Origin: Eutreptiella sp. 'Long Island Sound 2002'
Taxonomy: Eukaryota; Protista; Euglenida
Assembly: GCA_964036045.1 (NCBI GenBank)
Contig: OZ038379.1
Span: forward strand, 52,514,001 to 52,578,000
Reading direction: 5' to 3'
DNA length: 64,000 bases
In this document: piece by piece, positions 52,621 to 64,000 of the stretch
Layout of the letters: the number at the start of each line of letters is the position of its first letter
Position numbering within the stretch: the stretch's first letter is position 1
Made by a program: the position numbers and the translations under genes
Notes under the pieces: model-generated
Told to the model about the DNA's origin: nothing
The model's database searches: none
What the model saw: only the letters and a program-made list of their open reading frames with translations

Positions 52621-53000
52621 GGCCTGAAAATTGTGCAGGACATTTTGCATGAATTTGAAACGTGAAACATCCTACAGCAAAAAGATCCCGTTGCAAAATT
52701 CCCCCCCTGTATGCATCAAACTGCCTCTGCACACCATCAGTCCGCTGCTCCATAGCCCTGCAGGTGGCCGCCCATAGCACCTCGATCAATCCCATATGTA
52801 CAGTGCCATCACCACGGCTCCTGCCTGGGGAACCACCCCAGGATGCACCAAGACACATTGCATGCATGTGTGCCTTACTGCTCCCCACAGCCCAGCCCAT
52901 GCATCCCTGCAGCAGAGGGAGTGGGGCCAGGGGCTGGCAGGTCTTGAAGAAAAGGAACCTCATACTGGCCATCAAGGTGAGAGTTCCTACTACGAAGGCG

Positions 53001-53063
<63 letters not shown>

Positions 53064-53434
53064 GATGCATGGCCTTTATCGTGTGGGTTTGTGTGCCTTT
53101 GGGCCGGTTGTCCCTCTGCCTGTGATCATCAGGGCAGGGTGGATTGTGTCATTCAGGGATATCCAGCTTTGCACTTCATGCATTTGGTGACTCCGCACGC
53201 ACGCGGCAGAGGCATACTCTTGTCTGAATGCAGGGTTGAGGTTGAGCACTTCAGAATGGCGTGAGGGAAAACCGGTAGGGGAAACAAGGTGCTAGAATCT
53301 GCAGCACCTGAAGCTCCAGAAAGCGCTATGTAAATATTGACAGCCGCCGTTGCTTAGCAGCCTTTGTCGGTTGACCCTCTGGCAACTGCCTGCGTTGACC
53401 AAAAAAAACAAGAGGCCAGGAACGAGGAAATGTA

Positions 53435-53797
53435 CTACCGACTCCGGATGGACAAAACGGTGGTGCGGTCAGCCAAAGCGTCCCTTAGGATTAAATCGTC
53501 AGCCTGCATCATCGATTCCAACTCTTCAACGATGTTGAGTACAGGCGAGCCCTTCCGCGGGACCTCGGGCTGCGGCATAGCCTTCGTGCGCCCGCTACTG
53601 TCCTTCAGTTTGCGGTCCAGCACTTTGATGCGAGACTCGTCCGCGATGTCGTTGCCATCGAGCTGCAGCGACTCCAGCTTTGATGCCACGGCCCCCACCG
53701 CTTGTATCAGCACAGCCACACCCTCATCGGTAATCTGATTATTGCTGAGCTTCAGCACCGTCAAGTCCCTTTGCGCCTCCACTAAGCGAGCCAAGTA
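53435..53797 (-). CDS. RNI-like LRR protein, third visible exon (3' end uncertain)
   Basis: Acceptor cctctcAG|TAC (phase 0); LTVLKLSNNQITDEGV and LESLQLDGNDIADE. It ends either at TAG 53437-35 or at a donor CG|GTAGTA. Confidence 0.85.
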   Translation of the reverse strand, partial: YLARLVEAQRDLTVLKLSNNQITDEGVAVLIQAVGAVASKLESLQLDGNDIADESRIKVLDRKLKDSSGRTKAMPQPEVPRKGSPVLNIVEELESMMQADDLILRDALADRTTVLSIRSR

Positions 53798-55905
53798 CTG
53801 AGAGGAAAATGGAGTGGCCAAGCTGTGGGCATGACGTGCTGAGATGCGGCCTTGTGTGCACACGCACTGTGTGCTACAGTGGCCCTGCATGCGCATGCGC
53901 AATCGTAAGTCAGATTTTGGTAGAGTGCAAAATGTGCGTGGAAGACGGACGAGAGAGATTCCGCATGCGGCGGTAGTGAATCGGAGACGCTGGTGTGACC
54001 AGTAGGCTTTGACCCTTTTTGGTTCAGGGTGCAAGCAGCAGCAGCCAACAGAAAGGGGCAGGTAGGTGGAATCTCAGAGGAAATCATCTCTCAGACCTGT
54101 TCCCACAGAGGGCGCCGACAGTCTTGACGGATGGTATATCAACTGACGAAGTTAGCTCACATGGGTTGAGAAGGGAACTCAACGGTAGTGCAGTTCCAGG
54201 AATTGCCAACAGAGGGCCGAAAGAATGCCATTGATTTGACTGCTTTGTGCATACACAATGCCTGCGGACGGGGCCAGGTACATTCGGACAAGCCTACATC
54301 ATGAAAAAAAAAACACTACCTTTTTGACCCTGACACCTTTAGTAGCCCAAACTGGCCATCAACAGGGGGCTGAAAATGACACCAAATTGATGGTTTCTCA
54401 GCCCCTGGCTGCTTTCACAACCGCTTTGAACGCCATGCACTGCCAGGAACCTCTAAGTAGGAGAGTTCTGAGGCCTGCAATACACTCCACACACCGTTTA
54501 ACAGGCGTTTGCAAATGGGGCTGATGCAGCTTGCACATGGCTGGACAAGGATACTAAATGGGGTTCCTGGTGTATGAAATAAATCAACAATAAACCAAAC
54601 ATGCACCAACGAACCAACCCATCAGCTGACCAACAACGAACCAAAGAATCAACCAGTCCACCAACAACGAACCAACAAACCAACCAATCAACGAACCAAA
54701 TGCATCACATGACAATCATGTCTCCCAAAGTGATTCAGCACTACTGACGGGTGCTTTTAGACCATGACCACCCACGTTTGGCCTGTTTGCATCTGTGCAA
54801 AGTCCCAGTACACCATATTCACGTCTTAGTTCTGGACCAAAAAATGAATCAAAAACAGCTAAAAATGTTTCCCCCAGAAACGCTCCTGGGCAATGCAGGA
54901 AACCTAAAAATGATGGAGGCAAAATGCCACGTGCCAGCTCCCACAGTCATGGGCCAGGGGGTGGGGCCGTTCCAGAGGGGGGGCATCATCACGGTGGCAT
55001 CATGAGCGGGCTCCCCACCACACACACCCTTCACCGCACACTTCCTGCGGCACAGTTTGATGAGGCAGGCACCTAAGGCAACCAAGACCCCCGTATGGGG
55101 CCGCACCGCCCCCCTCTCGCGGGGGGGCGAAGGGGGCGTGCCGCACAACCGTGCGCTACTACCAAAGGATGCAAACCCAACCTGACCTCCAAATCAACAT
55201 TGGGTAGCCAGCTGCAGAGACTACAAAGTTGGGGTACAATGTGGCGGTCAACAGCAAACACAAAAATTCTGCCGCCGAATCCAAAATGGTGAAGTTGTGT
55301 GACGCAAATCGCGAGGTTGGACTGGGCAAGGACTGGGCAATGAGAGGACCAGAGCACATGGAAGCATCCGGGGAGTGGCGAGGCCCAGAGGAGGCTGGAT
55401 TTGCGGGGGGGTGGCACGCCAGGGGTACGCAATGCAGCGCAGACATTGGGGGGCGGGGGTGAGAATCGGCGTCAGGGAAAGGGGCTGCCCACGGGCGAAA
55501 CCCAAAGGCACGAACCGGAGGTCACCGGCACCAAGAGGACAGTGCCAACCCACGGGGGGGGGGGGGGTGCCATAAAGGCTGAGGATGGCCAAGATTGGGT
55601 TGTCATTGGGTCATGACGATCCAAAGTCATCCCATGGGCACATATCTCAAGGGGGGGGGGGGGCAGTGGGCTGGAGGACAAATGATGAGAAGGGCGAGCG
55701 GGAGGGGGCGCAGAAGCAAGAGCAGGCGGAGACACCACCAAAGTCCCAGGGCAGCGCACCCCAGCCCCATACCCCCGGGAGAAGGGGGGTTAGGGGGCGT
55801 GAACCAGTGGAACCACAGGCCAAAACCCACAAACCGACATCACAAGCAGACCCCGCACCGATCAAACAGTGGACCGGGAGGCCTCTGGGCACGGCCGCCA
55901 CACAC

Positions 55906-56473
55906 CCGCACGCCCACGTCCGTGATCACATTGTTGCTCAGGTCCAGGCGCTGCACCGCCATCCCCGTCTCCCGGTAGTAGTGCTCGAGGATCTCACACG
56001 TGGTGTCATCGCAGTACCGCCCCCCGTCCGGGACGCACAGCCGGAGCATTTTGGCCGAGTTGTCACCCTGGCGAATCTTCAGGACCGCAGTCTTGACGGC
56101 GTTGGGCTGCGTGTTCAGGGCCACGGCCAGTGCGATGCGCCGCCGCATAGCGTCCGACACAAGGTCGTTGCCCTCAATGTCGAGGGTTGTCAGGGCGGGG
56201 GCCCGGTGTGCAGCGTCCACAAGGGCTCGCGCCCCCTCGTCATTGATGCAGTTGTGCCGCAGGCGGATGGTCTCCAGCACACTTTTGTGGTCTAGGATCT
56301 GAGTGAGGGCGTGGCAGCCCTTGACCGAGGCAGTGCCATATGAGAGATCCAGGAACGTGACGTAGCGGTTCCCGTGCAGCGCCTGCGCAGCCAGTGCCAC
56401 GAGCTCGTCTGTGACCTCTGACGGCGGGGCCTGCCCTTTGCGCACCGCGAATTGGTGGGTGGTGGCCAGACAA
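55906..56473 (-). CDS. RNI-like LRR protein, second visible exon
   Basis: VTFLDLS, LETIRLRHNCINDEGA, LTTLDIEGN and VQRLDLSNNVITDVG; acceptor ttgcAG|T (phase 2) and donor CGG|GTGTGT (phase 0). Confidence 0.9.
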
Positions 56474-57651
56474 CTGCAAGAACGTTGCGGGGGGGGGGGG
56501 GAGTCCAGAAAGGTGGGGGTGCACGCCGTGCAGTAATACATGGGTAGCCAGTGCCCAGTGCCATGTCTTCTGTGTTTGTAGATCGCCGTCAATCGTTTGG
56601 GGGGCGGGGTGGGGGGTGCTCGTACGACAGGAGGATCGGGAGCACTTTCAAAGGGTCTGGACGGAGGGTGGCCACAACGACGACGGAGCACGGCGGCGTG
56701 ATCACCGCATTCCTTTGCCTCCAAGAACAGGTCCGTGAGCAAATGTATGCGCCCACTAGTAGTCTTCTCGGGTCTTTGGCGACACGTTGGGTCTGTTATG
56801 TCCTTTGCCGCATGTGTCTCGGCCCCTCCATGCCCCCACCCCTTCCCCGTCAGGGGTGGGGCATCGCCAACATGCATTCAAGCGTCTGGGAAGAGGTGCA
56901 ACACGGTCGGCGACTTAGAGGTAGCGGTGTTGCATCAACCCGGCCCCTGCCTTTGCCCAAACGCAAGCGGATGGTGCTTTGCCTTACGCTTTTCTTTTGG
57001 CGCTAGGCAAATACATGGACTAGGCAACAACATGAAAGTGAGGGATCCTCCGGTTCTTATTGATCTCACATGCCGGTCTCTCTCCAGTCCGTAGGGCTGC
57101 TAGTGGCCGGTGCATTTGAGCATTGGAGCACGGGCCACAGGCAGTCCTTACTGCGGATACAAAGCGCCGAACTTGCTCCGAACTGCTGTCGAGTCCCAGC
57201 CCACAGACTTCGAGACTTCGGTTGACCATCAACTGCAATCAATAGCAATGCTGTTGAATGCTGAGATTGCCCGCTCCACATTAGCACGAGACGGGCAAGC
57301 CAACACAGCATACAGCAGCAAGCAAATAGAATATCTGTTAGCAACCACAGCTGCCCAAAACTGCAGAAAACCGGGTGCTGTGCAAGCGTGCAAGCTGTGA
57401 CCTGTTCCTTGTTCGTGCTCTCAAAAAACTAAGCCTTGACCTTCTCAAAATGCTGCCATGCCCCAGCAATATCGAGCAGGATCCTGCCCCAGAGCTCCTC
57501 TACCACAACACCTCCCTGTTGCCCCTGCGGGTTTTTGGGAATCACTTGCATCATGCTTGGCGTTTTTGGCTGATACAGCGATTTTCGGTCAAAAAACTCG
57601 ACGTGCGAAGGGGAGGCCGATGGGAATGCGGTCTGCAGTGCAAGAGCAGAC

Positions 57652-57966
57652 CTGAAATCGATCGAGTCGGTTGTCGCGACGTTGTCAAGAGCGTCCACAA
57701 GAGCATTCTTGACAAGTGCCGCATGCGCATTCATTTCGATGAGGAGCGTGATGCGGCGCTGGAGCTTCGCGTGAATACCACAGCCGCCAGTGTCCAGGAC
57801 CCGGAGGGTGCCATTGACGCGCAGCAGGGCCTCCAGCTGCTTCCCACCGTGCTCCTCAAGGCCATTGCCACGCAGGCGCAGCTCCTGCAGCGTTGCATTT
57901 TTGTGGAGGGCCTTTGTCAAGAATTGTGCCCCGTCTTGCGTGATGCAGTTGTCACTGAGGTCAAGG
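57652..57966 (-). CDS. RNI-like LRR protein, first visible exon
   Basis: LDLSDNCITQDGA, LQELRLRGNGL and LRVLDTGGCGI; acceptor ..gctgcacAG|C and donor AG|GTCTGC (phase 2 at both ends). Confidence 0.88.
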
Positions 57967-59499
57967 CTGTGCAGCAGCAGCAAAGAGAGGCAGGGGCTGT
58001 GGAAAAGGGTGGGTATGGGTATGGGTATGGGCTGGACCCTTTGCCAGGCCACCTCCGTGCTGGGCTCCCGGCCACATGCTACCACGCATGCTTGGAGGGT
58101 CTTGGGTGCCTCTTCGGGCATGTAGGGTGGTGCCACTGCCGCCTTCGCGATAGGCCGCTGAAACAACAGTACTACGAGGTACACGTATACTTAGAAGCCA
58201 TGTTGCTTCACGGAGGCTGCCACTGGACGGATGGGTCAATGTTTCGTGACTGCCGGGTTGGATGCCTTGCACATAGGGTGATGGCAGGGCGGTCCTCATA
58301 TCGGACTAGTCCTACTGTAATCCTCATACCGTGAGGCTTGGAAACTGCCTGGTCCAAGCACTCCTGAGCCAAAGGCTAAGGGTCACAAATCCCCTCTGAG
58401 AAGGGTCCCTTGCGACCCTCTCGGAGGACCAACCTGACAGGGTGAGCCACTGGCCAAATTCCTCTGGCAAGCATCCACAGGCTCCAAACCACTCAGGACA
58501 ATGAACCCTCCGGGTCCACAGGACCGATTGTGACAGTGAAATGGACAATACCAATGCACCATCCCACACATACATGGTTGCCTGTTAGGGGAGTGAGATG
58601 CCGGGCACCTAGCCACTTGTACTCAGGGGCGGCCCGGATGGAACGCGTATGAGAACCCCACCCTACTGCACTAAGGCCAGGCTCTCCGGGAGACTGTGGC
58701 TGGCAACCCCTACTTCTTCCACTTTGTATGGCAGTGGCAGGGCTACCCCATCAAGATAGCAGTTTCCCCAAGGGGTCGCGGGCCATAGTGGTGGGGACAC
58801 CCTGTCCAGGCCCATCTGACTCGTGGAAAGGGGGGGGGCGGGCTGGGGCTTCGTGAAAGCAGGCTGGTTCCAGTGTTTTACACCCTGTGCCCAGTGTCAT
58901 GTCTTTTGTAAGATCAAGTATGAGGGATTTGTGTGTCGGATGGGTGGGTTGTGAATGACAGTGGAATGTCTACCCCACTACACAGCAGAAGATGTGGAAG
59001 CGAGAGCATGGCGAACGGGCATTATGGGTATTGCATAAGCAGTGCAAGTGGTGCCTCTGCTTCCTTCACTCAATAAAAAGACTCGGGAGCTTCCTGGTTT
59101 GAGACGGTTGGAAGCAATTGACCATTTGCAATAGGCTTGCAAGGGGCTTTGGTATGGGTTGCTCAAGTAGAAGATTTGGGGTGGGGGGGCGGAAGAGGCA
59201 GGGTGGGAGGCCGTAAATAAATACTTTGTGTCCCGATTTCGGGTGCTGACTCCTCCGGGTTACGTTTGGGGCCCTGGCCAACCCGAGCTGACCGACCCAC
59301 CCAACCACATCAAAGGAAGAGCGAGGAAAAGAAAGAAAACCCTGAAAAGGCCCCGAAACTGGAGGCCAATTTTAGGTACACAAACTTTTTGGGGAATCCC
59401 TGGGGGTGGGGGAGTGCCATGAAGCAATAGGTTGACCAAACAAGTGAAAGCTCTTGGAGGACGCACCAGTACTTTAAATAGAAGAGCCCTCTCTTGTTC

Positions 59500-61935
59500 T
59501 CTCTCCTTGTTCTAGCCTAGAACGACATCGTGTCGGCGTTCTAGGCTAGATGAGATCAATACTAGAACGATATAATTTGGACACGGAAATGCCATTTTGT
59601 TTGTTAGCCCGGCATGCATCCTTGCTTTTGCCTGAGGTGCATTGTTCCATGTCCCGTTCTCTCACGCTTCGATTTTTGATATTTCATTCTAATGAAATGT
59701 CCCACCACTACCCCTCTTGCACCATCCTCAACCGGGAAGGACCTCTCCCTATTGTCTAAGGCACTACAGGACTTCAGCAGGCTTTGGGTGGGGCTACGAA
59801 CCTCAGGGATGACCGGGTAGGCCAATACTTGCCCGCATGGGCACGATCATACCCCTTGGTACGGCGGCAATTCAATAAGGCCGTCCAATACGTCAACACC
59901 GCCTCCTCCCCCCACACGACGAGTGAGGCATCCAATACCGCGATTGTCGGGAAGTGGCGGAGGATTTCCGCCGTCACAGCACCGTTGGAAATGTATCATG
60001 GTATGTATTGAGCCTTGAGTGCGATGTAGATGCCATGTTGCCAAAAATTTGGCCTTTTGGGTTGGCCATGTAATGTGGGGATATTTCAGAAAGCATCAAC
60101 AGTTTTTTGAAACATGGCCACAACGAGCATAGCAACAGGAGGGGGGGTCTTTTTAGGGGGATGAGGTAGACGAGGTGTTGGGGCGTAAAAGGTCTGCTAT
60201 CCACAGGGAGGCTAGTGTGCAGGCGCAATGTATAACCTGGCGTTTTGCTTACTTTGACGTGTCATGGGTTGTCCATGGGTATGCTCAAGGGGCGGCTCCA
60301 AGCTCGGGTAGGGACGCTATGGAGGAGGGGTGGGAAACACATGCGGTCTTCACTTGGCGCACAGACAACTCTTGTTCGCGATGGCCTCGCTCGACCCCGC
60401 TGTGCTGACCTAGCTGCTGCTACAGGTCTTGTGCGTTCTAGAGTTGATCTAGCCACGCGTTTTAGCGTTGATCTAGCAAGCGCGATCGGTCGCTAGAACG
60501 TCGCTAGAACGGTCTCCATGTGTGCAGCAAATGCCGACAACGCAGTAGCTACAGCAGTTGGCGACAGCCCAGCCCCCTTCGCAACAATCCCCAGCCCCAG
60601 CCGCATTAGCAGCCCCGGCCCCAACCACCACAAGACCCTCCCCCCACCGAGCCGCAACCCAAGTCGCAACCCCAAGCCCTGCATCCTCCTCCTCCATTAC
60701 CACCCCCTCTCCCCTGTGTCGCCCGCGAATCCAGCTCGGCGCTCAAGGGCGTGAAGGTGGAGGAGCCGGAGCGGTAGAGGAGATAGGGGGGGGTGTGCCA
60801 GTTGGTTTATCCCCGGAAGAGCTGAGGGAGCTGGCAAACTTCCAGTCTGACCTCCGCCAGCTTTCCGGGAAGCGGGGGGCCCAGAAGGGGGCGCGGGCAA
60901 AGGGGGCAGGGAAGGTGAGGGAGTGGGAGAAGGTCGAGGACCTGGGGCAAGGGGGAGGAGGAGAGGATGGGATGGGCGGAGGCTTGCCTCGAGAAGCCGA
61001 ACAGGAAGCTAGAGGAGAAGGACAAGGCAGTTGGGGACTTGGAGAGGGCGGTGGAGCAGCTGGAGGGGTGGGTGGGGACTTTGCGGAGCAATGGGGGGAT
61101 GGAGGAGAAGAAGGGGGGGGGGTGGGAGGAGCCGGAGGAGAAGAAGGGGGGGGGAAGCCAAGTCCGGGGTTTCAGACTGGCTGAGGGGGTTTTTGGGGCA
61201 CCGGGATGGCGGGGCCATCCTAGACCAGCCTTGCCCCCCCCCCCTCCTCCAGCCCCCCCCCGGGTTTGACACCCCCCTCCTCTTCGCCCCCGAGAGTCCT
61301 GTGTAGACTCTCCGTTTCATTTTGCATAGGATCCACGTCAAGATCCTAGAGGGGGGGAGTGGATGAAAAGGGGGTGCATGCAGACAAGCCACTGCGGCTT
61401 GGGGGGTGGATGCGGTAGCACACCAAGGGCCAGCCGATGCGCCCGTCCATCTCGGGGGTGAAGATGTATGTACTTGCGCAGTACAATGTATTCCCCCGTG
61501 AGAGAGGCGGGCACCCTGCATTTCCGCTTCCTCTCCCATTGCTGGCACGGGTTGGGGTTGGGGGGGGGATGCAGGCAGAGGGGTGGACGTGGGCATGGGG
61601 CGTTGGGGGGTTTGACCTGGGGGCGGCGAACCGTGAAGCCTATGGGAGGTTGGTCCACGGCATCGCCTCCCGCCCCAAGCCCCCTCCCGCACCGAAGCAC
61701 CAAGGCGCCCCCACCGCCCACAGCAGCAGTACCCCCACAACCCGCGGGATGCCTTCCGGAAGTCACTCGGGGCGATCCAGCCAACCCTGGACATGCAAGG
61801 GACAATATGCTTGTTGTCTTCTAGCGTTGATCTAGCCTAGCGTTCTAGACCGATGTAGCCAAATCGCTGCGGCCGCCGCTAGAAGTTTGCTAGTACATCG
61901 CTAGAACTGTTCGCTAGAATTTCGCTAGAACACTT
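59500..61935. repeat. Family A-type CTAGAAC motif clusters at 59505-59570, 60380-60520 and 61820-61935, bracketing decayed ORFs
   Basis: gtcgctagaacgtcgctagaac motifs; perfect 13-bp inverted repeat CTAGCCTAGAACG at 59512-59524 and 59537-59549; termini not established. Confidence 0.55.
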
Positions 61936-63513
61936 CACCTCTTTCTTTGTTTGTCACCGGTGGTGAGCCTGCAGACCTACGCTGGCGACCCGCGCAGGGT
62001 CCGGGTGGAGTGGGGGGACGGCGGGGGCCGCACCAACCTAGTGAGGGTAACGGAGCTTGGGCGCATGTTAGGGCATGACCCCAACGTGGCGCTCTTGGTG
62101 TTGATGGGGTTGGGTCGCTGGGAGGCAAAAAGGCATTCATGGGGCTGGACGTGCAGCGTGCACGGTGGGCGAGGGTGGCGGAAGAGGGGGACCGCAGCAA
62201 CAGCAACAGCAACAACAGCAGCAAGAGGAGCAGCTGCTACTACAGCAGCAGCAGCAACATCAGTGGTGGTGGGAAGCCCCCCCCCCCCTTGCCAAGGGCA
62301 TACCAAAGCCCCCTTCGGAGCCCCAAGAAGAAGGCGAGAGAAATTTTTTGAGAATGAGAGCGAAGGGGAAAAGGACCCCCACCCCAAAGCCAAGAAGGCC
62401 CCTAAACCCAAACCCCAACCCAAAACCAAGGCGAAGCCCGCCCCACCCCCCTTGCGAGTAGGGGTCGCGACCCCCGAGGGAACACGTTGGGTGTGGGGGA
62501 CACCCGGTACGTCCCTTGGGAGGAAGGGGGAACCATCAGCCAAGTGACGGTGCTGGCGGACTGGGATACCGACCTTGGGCCCCACAAATGGTGGGTGCTG
62601 TCCCAGGGGTCCAATGGGGCTGGTGGGAAGAAGGGGAAGGGGAAGAGGAAAGAGGAAGGAGGGGGGCACCTTCCGGGTGCCCTCCTCCATCCTCTTCGCC
62701 ACCCGGGAGGAGGCAGAGCAGCACCTCCGGGAGGTGATGGAGGAGAGCGAGGGGGGACAAAGGGGATGACAAGGGGGGGGGGGGGGGGTGACAAGGGCGA
62801 CGACAAGGGGGCCGGGGGTGACAAGGGGGTTGGCAAGGGGAGGAAGGGGGGGTGGAAAAGAGAGGGACACAAGGGGTGACCGAGGGGCTTCCGGGAGCAA
62901 GGATGCGCCCCGGCAACCCCCCAACAAGAAGTGGTGACCCGTGTGTCGCGACTCGCGAAAGGGGGCTGGGGGGCCAACCATGCTAATTGGGCTAACCCTC
63001 CACCAAGTGACCCGGTGCCTGCCCGCCAAGGTACCCTCCAAATGACCTATGGGGTAGGGGGGGTAACATGGGTAACTAGGGGGGGGGGGGGACTCCGTGA
63101 GCTCGATCCAGCATCGTGATTGGCCACGGCTGGCCATGGTAGCCGGGGCAGCTTCTCTTTGAGGAGTGGCGGAGCACTATACATATCGTTGTGCATGAAG
63201 GGATGCGGTGACTTAGGGAAGTGAGCATGTGGTCCAAAAAAAAGAACCCTCCACTCTTGGTTCGCGGCATCGAAAAATGGCCGCTCATAGCCGCTTCCCC
63301 ACCTACGCGTGGTGTGGATTCAAGAACACGATCTGGGGAAGAGGATTTTGCGTGCAGGGGAGGCCTGGTAGAGCAAGAAGAGGGAACCCGGCACTCAAGG
63401 GTTTGGGAAGACAAGGGAACAGGTGGAAGACGAGGGAAGAGGTGGAAAACGAGGCAAGAGGCGAAAAACGAGGAAAGAGGTGGAAGACGAGGGAAGAAGT
63501 AGAAATCGAGGCA

Positions 63514-63753
63514 CTAGAAACATACTTCAACATCACCATAGGCAAATAGTGCCACCGCACAGCAACACAAATCAAGGCGCATGTTGCCCTGATTTTGGTC
63601 ATCCGGCAAACCAGCAAGGCGGAAAGAGCGCTCCACGACCGCGCTGGAAACTAGCATCCCAAGCAATGCCACCACCAGTTCCCGTAGCGGAGCCGCCAGG
63701 GCTGACCAAAATTGCATTGCGTCCCCAACTTGCTTGGCCTTTTGGCTATCCAA
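63514..63753 (-). mobile_element. hAT dimerisation-domain relic
   Basis: QFWSALAAPLRELVVALLGMLVSSAVVERSFRLAG. Confidence 0.75.
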
Positions 63754-64000
63754 TCAGCCCACATTTTGTCAGAGAAACCGTAGACCTCCTTATTTTTCTC
63801 ACACGTTGTATCACGGAGTGGCAGTTGCTTTGCATCAAATACCTATAAATTTGGTGTAGGGATGTGTCGCATCAGAACTCAATGCACCTGTTGGCCCCTG
63901 CTTGTGTGCCAAGATTTTTTGACTTTTAGTATGATGCATGCCATAGGTCCAAGTGTCCCAAATTCTGCACCTATTGGCCCCTGTTGATATGCCAGGGATT

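Noticed and set aside
53798-57651. Euglenid non-canonical introns in the LRR gene
   Set aside because: Both visible introns are explained by in-frame GT-AG boundaries.
57375-58334. Plus-strand ORFs opposite the LRR exons (also 56000..56302 and 53364..53738), and 35322..36044 opposite the hAT relic
   Set aside because: Antisense shadows; the minus strand carries the recognisable motifs and splice sites.
59853-59862. CCCTTGGTAC identical to the family A/B terminus
   Set aside because: No adjacent motif cluster or partner end found, and it lies within ORF-like text; may be chance.

Overview
Repeat-rich eukaryotic DNA with abundant poly-G/C runs and (CT)n, (GT)n and (CCAA)n tracts. A 5S-like relic and TTAGGG-type hexamers suggest a euglenid/euglenozoan, but this is inference from recalled sequences, not a search. 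The only clear host gene is a minus-strand RNI-like leucine-rich-repeat gene with three in-frame GT-AG exons at 53.4-58.0 kb. Most of the rest is nested, decayed transposons. (1) Non-autonomous DNA elements with CCCT(T/A)GGT termini and 2-bp target-site duplications (TSDs) at 18187-25393, 26368-28643 and 39958-44717, plus a probable fourth ending at 4073 that carries a 2OG-Fe(II) dioxygenase-like relic. (2) hAT elements, one with exact ends and an 8-bp TSD, whose transposase relic ends in a SAP-like domain. (3) A PIF/Harbinger/ISL2EU-like transposase. (4) LINE relics with APE, RT and RNase H, including a 2A-like peptide just before APE. (5) A head-to-tail RNase H-bearing repeat family with CCCTAA hexamers at its junctions. 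Most long ORFs in the track are microsatellite or antisense artefacts. All domain calls come from reading motifs by eye; no database searches were run.
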